DNA of 63,859 nucleotides, filler included, from Bigelowiella natans CCMP2755 (Eukaryota; Protista; Cercozoa): assembly GCA_000320545.1 (NCBI GenBank). It is 6 parts of 6 records of this genome, joined end to end, with 100 filler letters (N's around TTAATTAATTAA, not from the genome) between each part and the next. Parts side by side here need not be neighbours in the genome. Positions count along the whole stretch, not along the records: positions 1 to 23,286 come from ADNK01002543.1; 5 more parts are not named here. The stretch is one strand, 5' to 3'. This document shows, piece after piece, positions 12,012 through 22,236 of the stretch (position 1 is the stretch's first letter; every line of letters begins with the position of its first letter). The notes beneath the pieces were generated by a model, which saw only the letters and a program-made list of their open reading frames with translations, was not told the origin of the DNA and searched no databases. A program made the translations under genes and the position numbers.

Positions 12012-14594
12012 GTTGTGTGGACTCCCTCAGGTTGCAATTTCGGGAATGTGAGCACCTCATCTCATCAGGAGACAGCCGACACACGCCCATGGCAAGTTGC
12101 CTCAGAAGAGATCTCAACAGATCACTTCGCAATGTCAAAAAGCACAGCACCAACGCTTGCCACCGCAAACTCGAGAGCTTTGATGGAGACGCAGCCAGCT
12201 TTTGGTCTCAGGCTCCATTCCGGGAGAAGACTGAAACTGCCCCATCGGCTGTGCACGTCGATGGCGAGCTCAAAGACGGTGCCGCTCTCCTCCAGGGATG
12301 GAGAGGCCACTTTGGAGACCTGGCCTCCACGTGGCCTGCTCTCTCTGATGGTGTCCATCCCTTTGCGTTTGACACCGACTTCAAAAGGCAAGCGGAAACA
12401 GAACTCTCACGCCTTGAGCCAAACTCAGGACCATCCCCACTTGATCATGACTTCACTTGGGAGGAGTTGCAAGCTCAAATTGCCAAGTGGAGGCCAAACA
12501 AAGCGGCAGGTCCTGACGAGCTCCTTCCCATCTTCATCAAAACTGCGGTGACGTGCAGCAATGCCATCGAAGAGTCATCCCTGCCCACCGCCCTCACGGC
12601 CATGGCCAATGCCGCGTTTGACAATTGGCCCACGTGCTGGAGAGAAGGCATGATGGCACCTCTCTTTGAGAGGAAGGGTTCCAACCTGGAGTTCACCAAT
12701 TGCAGGGGTGTCACCTTGCTCAACGCACTCAGCAAGCTGGTGTCAGGTGCTGCAACGACGAGAGTTTGCGAATGTCTGGAAAGTGACAACTGTTTCGCTG
12801 AGGAACAAGGTGGGTTCAGAAGGAATCGCGGCACCGACTTCCACATCTTTGACCCACACCAAGCACTTTGCCTCCGCAAGGCCCAAAACCTGGGTTCCAT
12901 GGTTGCCTTCATTGACCCACGAAAAGCCCACGATGAAGTTTGGATCCAAGGCCTGCGAGTTGAACAGCTGAGAAGTGGCGTGACAGGTGGGATGTGCAAC
13001 CTCTTTGAGAACACGTTGGCCTCCCAGTCACGCAGGGTTGGATCCCCGACGGACCAATCGCCAAGCCAACCCTTTCACGTCGACCAAGGTCTCCCTCAAG
13101 GTGCCCCTGAATCACCGGTTCTGTTTGCTCTGTTTGCAAGTGACCTCATGGAACGACTGAAACAGCGTGGTTGCGGTGTTCAGTTTGCAAACACCCGCAG
13201 ACCAGGACTCTTCTTTGCTGATGACATTGCCCCAATGGCTGCTGCACCTTTTGACGTGAAGCTAGCTAGCCCTTGATGTGACGTCCCAATGGTGTGGAAA
13301 ATGGCGACTCAAAGCCAATGGAGACAAGTCTGGCATCACGATTGTTGGTCCTTCTTCTCTTGAACGCGAATGCTCACAGCTCCAATTTGGATGCTGTGGC
13401 GAATTGATTCGCGTGGTGAACCACTGTCGCCATCCAGGTGTCACTTTCCAAAGCTCTTCATCGTTCCATGGGCACATCGTGGACACAGCAAAAGTGGCGA
13501 AGCGAGCCACCGGCAGGCTCAACTGCTGCTTTGCTGGGCACTCAGGCCTCCGACCCAGAACACGGATTCATCTCTGGAATGCTCTCGTCCGCCCCATTCT
13601 TGAACGTGGTGTGGGACTGGTTTCTCCCATCTCACCACAATGCCTTGAAAACCAGCTGCAGAGTGTCCAGACACAGTTCCCAAGAGAGACTCTCAGAGCC
13701 CGTGACCAACCCTTGCACTTCCCATTGTCCGAACGTGGCCAGGAAGATCCACAGGCCCGTTGGGACAAGTCTCTTGTGAGTCTTTTGAACAGGATGCACC
13801 AGCAAACTGATGAATCTGTGTCAAAGGATTTGTCATTCCCAGCCTTGGATCAGGTTGATGCTCTTCGTTCAAGTTGGGGTCGTGATGCCAGGTCTGTTCT
13901 TCACCGCATCATTGGTTGCAACCAACCTGCTCGTGGTTTTGATGAGCCAAAAAACCCAGACCAGACCCATCCAAAACTTGTTGACCTTGACCCAAACCGA
14001 AGAGTTGGGACTCGTCCATCCACCAATGAGAATTTGCGTCGTGGCTTTTGCTTGTCCATCAAACCCGATGCCCCCATCTCTGAATCCAGAGCTTGGGCAA
14101 AGAGCCAAATTGGGAGGCCAGCTTCCAGGTCTTTTGAGCATCACCTTGATGATTGGTGTGACAACTCAGGAGTGTTGCTGAAACTCCAGTTCCGTGCTGG
14201 GACTTGCGAAACCAGAGAGTGCAGGGCTGAGACTTGCAATCTGCCCCCCTCTTCTTTGGTTTGTCCTCTTTGCAATGATGAAGTTGTTCAAAGTGTCAAC
14301 CACCTCATCCATCATTGCACTCACTCAAGTGCTGCGAGAAACAAACTTTTTTCGAGTGTGAGAGCAGCTCTGGGCCCAGCTTCTCCTGCCTGCTCTTCGT
14401 TCTTTGATGCTCCTGACTCTTTCAAAACCAAAGTTTTGCTGGGTGCTCCTTCGGAAGATCTGAACATGGATCGCCGTGCAGACGTTGCGTTTGGGAAGTT
14501 CCTCATTGGAGTTGATGCTTTGCGCCATCGCCACATTGCTGCCAGTTGCAGTGCCTCACAATGGCACACAGCCAAAAAAAGGCGCGAAGCAGCA
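12012..14594 (+). mobile_element. Second non-LTR retrotransposon relic (RT + Zn knuckle), frameshifted at ~13261; TpA-hypermutated
   Basis: ORFs 11999-13276 and 13278-14684 have KAAGPD, NCRGVTLL (=NYRGITLL), EEQGGFRRNRG, DPRKAHD, GLPQGAPESP, FFADD, CRHPG (=YRYLG) and CPLC...HLIHHC. Confidence 0.92.
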
Positions 14595-15045
14595 ATGGGC
14601 GGGGAGTTTGGTCACCTCCCACCCCTGAACCACACTCCTGGTCTCCGGTGGGATGGACAGACGTGTCGCCCCAGCCACCGGTGACTCGGCGGCCTGAGGA
14701 AGGATGTGTGGATCTGCACTCAAGATTCAAAGTTGCATTCGAAAAATTGGCACGATGCGGTCATGGGCGGGGGGTTTGGTCACCTCCCACCCCTGAACCA
14801 CATTCCTGGTCACCGGTGGGGCAGACAGACTTGTCGCCCCAGCCACTGGTGACTCGGTAGCCAAGTGAAGGATGCATGGGTGTGCATGCAAGATTTGAAG
14901 TTGCATTCGCCGAAGTGGCAATGGGCGGGGGTTTTTCGGTCACGAGGGTGGCTTTTCCCCTCATCCCTGCACCACATTCCTGTTCACCGGTGGGGCTGGC
15001 CACCGGCGAATTGGCTGCCAAGTGAAGGATTTTCGGATCTGTGTC
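14595..15045. repeat. Three diverged tandem copies of a ~160 bp unit
   Basis: Units start with ATGGGCGGGG at 14595, 14763 and 14921. They share CCCCTGAACCACA(C/T)TCCTGGTC.CCGGTGGG-like and GAAGGAT blocks; the third copy is more diverged and shorter. Confidence 0.85.
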
Positions 15046-15072
15046 TGAGATTCATCCCGGATGAATCCCGTC

Positions 15073-15345
15073 AGGATGAAGGTGTCCTCCTCAAACTTCA
15101 TGCCCTCCAGGCAATGTCTCCATTGGGCCGGGGATGTTGTGGTTGGCGTGAAGCTGGTGCTTCCAATTGCAATGATGGGGGCCATGTCTCCGCAAAAGCC
15201 GGGGATGTTGTCGCCATTGTGAAGCTCGTTGTCCAAGTGGACCAGGAAGGATGAATGCATCCTCCATCTTCATGCCTTCCAGTGAGGGCAATGTCTCCGC
15301 AAAAGCCGGGGATGTTGTGGTGGGCATGAAGAGGACCATGAAAGT
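15073..15345. repeat. Imperfect tandem repeat (~90-120 bp units), probably coding on the minus strand
   Basis: Recurrent ATGTCTCC...GCCGGG(G)ATGTTGT and GGATGAA..TCCTCC..CTTCATGCC blocks. Minus-strand ORFs repeat PTTTSPA...LEGMK.ED.FIL. Confidence 0.7.
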
Positions 15346-16574
15346 GTGGTCCTTGGGATTGTTCGCTGGGATTCGCAGGTGTGGTGTTCTTGCTTGGTGA
15401 TCTCCAAGCACGAGCAAACCATCACGGCTTGATTTGGGGATGCGTGGTCCTGAAGTCGGCAAAGATCAGACACAAGAGACAATGAAACTGGGATCGGAGG
15501 AGTGGCCACAATGCCATTCTTGGATCCTTTTTCTTTCACTTCATGCATGAGCCAACACTTGTTCGCAGCGAACGTTGCAGCATTGTCATGGCGTCATGCC
15601 CAAAATTGGACCTCGCTGGGTTCAGCTCGAGGCACTGCGTTTCGCACACTGCAAGTGTCTTGTCACACTTTGGAAGTGCAGTTCATCATCATTGTTCATT
15701 GTTCATTGTTCACGTCCTGAGGCCGTGTCAACAGCAACTCCATCGCTTCCAGAAATGACCACTCCAAAGTTCCAAAATTGAACGTTTCCGCGCCAAAAAA
15801 GAGTTTTTTTTGGTGATTTTGACATCGTGGTGATCCCTCCGTCTCCGCCCCAATTGCTCCGCCCCCCTCCCTCCCATCACCACCACATCGCGCTCTGGCG
15901 TTCCCACTGCACACCATGAAAAATCACATGCAAGTTCGTGATCCTCACGAGCACAATTGGGCAACAGCCGCCCAGTGAACGTCAAGCGCAAGCGCCGACG
16001 ATGCCACGTGTGCCGCTCAGGCGCACTCGCCGCCAGCTGCGCACCGCTCAATCAATGAGGTTGCTGTGGCACGTGACATCCTCAAGCCATCTTGAGGACC
16101 ACCAACCTTCACACTCACTTCTCACGCAGCGTGGCATGCAAGCTGGCAAGCTCAGCTTCAGCACACGCATGTGATTCCTGAATTTTTTCTTCAAAAACCA
16201 CTCACAAAGCCTGGAAGTGCCTGGTGAAATTGTCCAAAACGTGTGCGCATCATTTTTTCTGTGCGCACACCTGCTAGGTCATCACCAGATGCGATGAATG
16301 CTGTGCACGTGGTGGTGCGCGCGTTGCACGTGCACAAGGGGGGTTCACTCCCAAGGGTTTTGGTCCGTGTCATGCTCGGCGGTTTTGCCCCGGCGTCAGC
16401 CGGGAAAAATTTTTCGATTTCACCCAAAAAAATGCAAACTTTGTTCAAATTCCTCAAGACTCATCCACAAAACATCCAGTGAAATTGCCCAAACATCGGC
16501 TTCCAAGAATTCTCGAGAATTCATCGTCCCAACCAACTTGCCCTTCATTTCCTGTCCACCTCCAACCCACCCTG

Positions 16575-17449
16575 ATGGATGAATCTGGCTGGGCAATTGA
16601 CACAGGGAAACACGTTCGTGTGCATTGGAGGCATGATGGCCAGGTGAAGTGTTGGACCTGTGTTGTGGGAGAGCAGAAAGGAGCATCATTCTCTGTGCGT
16701 GAGGTGAGAGGTGATTCTTTTCCTTGGGGCGGTGACAATGAAATCCTTTCGCCCAAACAAGACGAATGGAAATTTGTGAGGCGGACTTGCATCGAAGATG
16801 CTGTGAAGGACATGTGCAGTGCCTGCTCGGATGGTTCCAGAGGGCGTTGTTCACGTGAAGCCATGGAGCATGACCCACAGGACATGGTGAGTGGTGTGTG
16901 TGTGTGTGTGTGTGCATGTGTGATCTTGACAGCCATCATTTGAACAAACGCATTCGAATCAGAAGGGAGTCGCCACTGAAAACAACAGAAGTGTGGAGGG
17001 CATGAGCTTGGACTGGGTCGCTCCTTGTGAATCAAATGAGAGTTGTCACAACCAGAAGGCCAGCAGACCACCTTCAGAATGGTGATTCTCCAGTTTGTTT
17101 GCGAAAGATTTGTGTGCAATTTGTGTTTTGGTTTTGGCAGGTGTCCGTGTTGTCAGAAGAAAAGCAGGAAGCTCAGATGCTTGCATGTCACGTCTCACAA
17201 GGCATCAACTGACAGAAAGAAACGATTGAATCCCCGGAGGACTGCTGCTGCAACTTTGAAATCACATTCACATGATCATGGCAGCATGCATTCATCACAC
17301 AACATCAAAATCGCTTTCCAATTGTCATTGTCAACCACATGATGGACACAGCAATGTCACGTGTGCAGTGTGTGTGTGGTGTCACATGTCCATGATGACA
17401 CAGCAATGTCATGCGTGTGGTGCATGCATGGTGTTGCGTGTCCATGATC

Positions 17450-17489
<40 letters not shown>

Positions 17490-20400
17490 AACCGCTGCAC
17501 GCATCAACATCAGATGTGGAATTTGAAAGCAGAAAAAAACACCGTCGCAAGTGTGACTTGAGAAGGAAGCAATTGCGCCTGTTGGAAGAACTGGACGACC
17601 CCGGCACTGTGCATGCGGGCACATTTTCACACACACAGGTGGACAAATTGACACATCCAACAATCATTTCGTTGTGGATGATTTTTTTTTTTGTTTCAGA
17701 CCCGAGAAAGGGTGAACGGTTGCCATTGGAAACTGATCAGCAAACCAAAAACATCAGTGGTCGACTGCTTGGAGGAGCATCATCCCAATGAAATCAAACA
17801 CAGGGCGGAAGATGAAAGGTTTGTGTGCACAACCTGTGATTCAGACATGAGTTCTGATCCGCGAGGACTGTTGCAAAGAGCAACATTTCATCTGCGCAGT
17901 TCTGGTTGCAAACGCGTGGAAGGCAAGAAGAAAGAGAGTCAGAGAGCCATGTCTTTCTTTCGAAGAGCTGGTTTCAAACTGAAAGTTCCAGGACCGTCAT
18001 TTGTGAAACCCATGATCCACATTGATCCAAATTTGGCATGCAAAGGCTTTTGGTTCGAGGAAGTGGTGACAGGAAAGCACACGTGCGACCCATCAATGTT
18101 GCTCGACAGCGTTCCGCATCCCGGCGACAACTGTCATCCGGTTGAAGGCCAGCGTTTTGAAGTCATCGGAGCGGACGGAAAGAAAGTGAGCATGGCCGGA
18201 ACATTCATGCATGAAAACTGCAATGGATTCTGCTTGAATGCAGAAGAGATCGGTCCTTCAAAGCATTGGATGTGCGGACACTGTGAACGCACACCCAGAG
18301 ATGATGTTTTTCAGAAAAGGTTGAAGAGGGCCAGTCAATCTCATTTGAAAGACCGGTCGAAGATTGACACAAAACGTCTGAGAAGAAGTCAGCTGGTGGA
18401 CAGGTTGAGAACATCATCGTCGAAATTGAGGAAGGAGAGAGGCATCCACTCCTGGACCAGGTTCACATTTGCGGAATCGAGATGCAAACACAAAAAACAG
18501 AGAGATGATGCAGCGGAAGCCAAAGCGAACTTGAAGAAAGGGAATGTGCATGGACTGATGGAGAACACAAAGAGGCTGTCATTGGAAGGAGCCTTCAAGA
18601 AGAGGAAGGTGCTCCACAACTACTTGATGGACACCATTGGCCTAGCTGTTCGACAAATGGACTCGGATGATTCTGGTGATGCCAAGTTGATGCGTGGGGT
18701 GAGACATCACAAGAGCACCAAAAGATTGTTCATGGCGTTGCAGCTGCAGAACGGCCCCAAGTCTGTTGATCTGATCAGGGCTGATCTGGGAGCGATTTCG
18801 AGCTGCAGCATCAAAAAATCACTTCGCGAGAGAGAAAAACATTTCGTCATGAAGGGCCTGTCAACAGACAATTTACAATGCATGCATGGCATTACATGTC
18901 TATGATGTTTCCAAAACTTGTTGAAACTGTGGGATTCCATTTTGAGGGAGTCTTCGTTCTCTGGTCCAATTTTCTGTGTTGCTTCGGAAGACGAAACACC
19001 AGTTCGCCCAGAGCCACAACGTGATCCAGTCACGGACACCACAGACGGTTTGTGCGGAAAAGCAACTGCGGATCACAAATGCGACCCGTTGCATGAAACA
19101 GCAGTTGGTGATCCAAGCAACGACGATGGAGATGATGCGGCATGGAACAGAACATTGAGAGGATTGTCAACTTCAGTGTTCTCAACGCACGTGAGCATCA
19201 TCGAAACAGTGCCTCTCACCGATTTGCTTCCGCATGTTTGCATCCACATCCAGCCCACATGCAACAGATTCGATGCCACTCCGCACGTGGCTGAAAAGTG
19301 GAAACAGCTGCTGAAAGTGTTTGAAGAAGTGATTTCTTCCCGCTTGCCCATTCATCTGGTTGGCAATGGCTCAGATGGGGATGCAAGGAGAGCTTTGATG
19401 CAACTCCTCGACACTCACAAAGCACATTCGAGTGAACTGGCACACACACTGAATGCTGTTGGTTTCAACATGGCAGGTCTGAAGGTGTTGAACGAAGATG
19501 GGAGTCTGAAGACCGTGAGGAATCTGCACATGCAAGGCCCCAAACACAAAGCAAAAAAGCTGGATTCTTGCATGAACATTGCAGGCAGATCTCTCGTGTT
19601 GGGCAACTGCACCGCCGATGGACGGGCGCTGCAAGCAGTGGTGGATGTGAAAAACGGAGATGATGTGGTTGATCACGGTCTGCGGATGGAAGACGTCAAC
19701 AGGGATGACAGACAGAACTTTGAAGCCTGTGTCCGGAGATCGAGCCTGAAAGTGTCTGAACTCATGCGGACAAGGCTGAGGGGCTCCCACAGAACTCCAG
19801 GAACGGAGACCATGATCGAGTTGAACAGGGAGTTCATGACAACATTTTTTGGCAAAAAGACAACCCTAGCAACACGCATCGAAAGAGCTGGACACATCGT
19901 CACATTTCTTCGTCTCTGGAGTCTGGAGGTGAAAGGAAATCAACAGCTGCGCTTGAATGCCAACTTCATGCCGCACCAGAGCTTCAATCACATCGTGCTC
20001 TCCTGCATGTCAGCAGTCCCACGTGTCAAATTGTTCCGAGATTCATCTCCTCACCGCCCTTGCAGGCTGGATCTGCCTGGGTCGGATGTTTGCGAGAGGA
20101 CTTTCTCAGATGCAGGAGGGTTTGGGCAGACAGCTAGCCACATGCGCAACCACAACACAAAGGAGTTCAGGGACTTCATCACCAGGAATGATGCTTTGAC
20201 AAGGTTGCATGTGGGAGAGCACAAAATGCACGATCATGTCAGGCACAAAAAAACTGAATGTGACCATCGATGCCACGAAGACACGGAGGAGGACGATGCT
20301 GATCTGACAGATCATCCCACCGACGAAGAAATGAAAAAACGATGGGAAGCTGGATCTGAAAGAGCTCGTCGCAAATGCTGTGAATTGGGCATGAATGACA

Positions 20401-21260
20401 TGCCCAATGATTTGTTGCAAGACCCGTCTGCAGCTGACGACCTCCAGGGATTTGACACCAAGGGGATGGCCCAGTGCGAGAGACACATGAGGGAAGCCAA
20501 CGAAGACGCGGCTGCTGCTGCTCAAAACAACAACGATGGTTTCGACAACTTGGCTGATGATTTGTTCAGAGCCATGGATTTGTTAGCACCTCCTGGGGGT
20601 GACGACGATGACGAAGACGATGATGAGGGTGATGACCGTGGTGGTGGAGGGGGTGAAAATGGGAGGATCAGACGTGGCAGACGACATGGGCATGCCTTGG
20701 ATGTGAGGACACCCAGTGGCAAATTCATCACAAAACAAAAGGCTGTCCACCTTGTGCTCCAGAGTTTGGAAAGAAATTCGCCTGGACATTTGGGTCCGAA
20801 GCTTTCCAAGGATGGACAAAGAAAGGTGTCCCAATCTGCAGACATGGCCGCAAAACGCAGTTTGCTAGCATCTTGCGGTGCAGATGGTCTCCATCATTCA
20901 GAGCATGACCTCCGACCTGGCGCCGACGTCGCCCTGCGATCAACAAACCTTGGATCCGACACTGGAATTTTGCACTTTGCTGAGATCACACGCATGACGA
21001 AACTCCCGAGCAACGGACGACGAGTTCTCGCAATGCGACCTGTGAAGCTTTCAGATCCCCCGAAATCTCTTCATTGCTCTTTCCAGTTCCGTGTGGAGGC
21101 GGAGGACAGCCCAACGAACGATGGCAGTCGCAAACATCATTGTGGTCCGGATGGCAACGTTGGCATGGACACGACCCAGCACGATGCTGTCAAAAACGTG
21201 TTGGGCATTGTCGATTTTCAGTGCGACCAATCCGACAACTGCCATTTCGCATTTCCTTGA
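16575..21260 (+). mobile_element. Spliced P-element-superfamily-like DDE transposase gene (Tudor-like first exon, Zn fingers, catalytic core); inactivated and TpA-hypermutated
   Basis: ORFs 17691-18905 and 18918-21260 are in the same frame, separated by a TGA. Motifs: GVRHHKSTKRLF..L....GPKS..LIR (P-type helical motif), EDET.V.P...DP.TD..DGLCG (D1), GSDGD (D2), Q.PKHKAKK, DRQN, GSDVCERTFS (E). Upstream exons have a GTGAGT donor at 16887 and a TTTCAG acceptor at 17699. Terminal inverted repeats not identified. Confidence 0.75.
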
Positions 21261-21316
21261 TCAAAAACAACACGATCATTGCAATGAGATTGTTGATGAT
21301 CTCCAACCAAGAAGGA

Positions 21317-21678
21317 TGGATCAAGAAGCAAAGGAAGCAAATGCCGTTCGCACCATTGCCAATCAGATGGGGGACTCTCAATCACGACCAAGAAGAGCGT
21401 CAACTGTGACCAGAGTTGGCAGATCGACAGGCATCAGTGGCATGCTCAGACGCATGAATGTGCTTGAAGCTTGGAAGAAAGCATTCGCCACAAAGATGGA
21501 GCACCTCAATTGGGAAGTTTGCAGCATTGAACACTTGGACGATGATGCTTGCGACTCTGCTCAAGACAAAGGCAGACGGGATCACGTTGAGGCAATGGTT
21601 GCTGCTGGAGTCAGGATTCCAGGGCTTTGTGATTGCAGCTTTTGTGTGGAAAATGGAGTGTTTGATGAGCACCAATGA
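21317..21678 (+). CDS. Small accessory ORF inside the edited transposon region, unknown function
   Basis: ORF 21091-21678, likely starting MDQEAKE, with a C-terminal CDCSFC. Confidence 0.3.
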
Positions 21679-22236
21679 ATGCAGTTCTGATCAAAAAAGA
21701 AGCAGCATGTGAATTTGGTTCACATTTTGATTGTGGTTTGAATCAAACACTCCATGGCTTGATTTGTGCTGCAGCAACATGCAAAAATTTGCTTTGGGTT
21801 TTCAGATTGAAGTTCCACCATCACACATGAAAAATTCTGATGATCCAAACAACAATGTGTCAGTGGAAAGATCTCCACTCAGTTGCATGCACATTTTCAC
21901 CGCCACGCACCGCTGCGCAGCGAGCCACAGCCCCGCTGCAGACAGCTGATGGAGTGTCTTCCAAACGTCCCTCCCCCCCCCCCCACCACACCCCTGCCTA
22001 ATGTTCAAAGGACACATTCTCGCAGCGCACCCCCACTCCACCCGACACAACCTCTTCAGACGACACGAAAGGTGGCAAATCCGCTGTGCATTCCCAAACA
22101 TGGACGCGCAATCCGAAAAACGTTGCAACTGCTGAAGTGTTGTGTACGCATGCATTGCTTCAATTGTGTCACAATGAACACACATGTGCACATGTGTGTG
22201 TGTGTGTGTGTGTGTGCATGTGTGCATGTGTGTGCA

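Noticed and set aside
14595-15345. CRISPR-like array
   Set aside because: The units are long diverged tandem duplications without unique spacers, there are no cas genes, and the context is eukaryotic.
9983-21260. Alternative genetic code as the explanation for missing Tyr
   Set aside because: Host genes use TAT/TAC and TAA/TAG normally, and TA is missing in all frames and in non-coding parts of the cluster.
9905-21995. Classical RIP, CpG decay or APOBEC/ADAR editing
   Set aside because: C->T processes would increase or not remove TA, and CpG is still common here. RNA/cDNA editing would be strand-biased and would not affect a DNA transposon and its introns.
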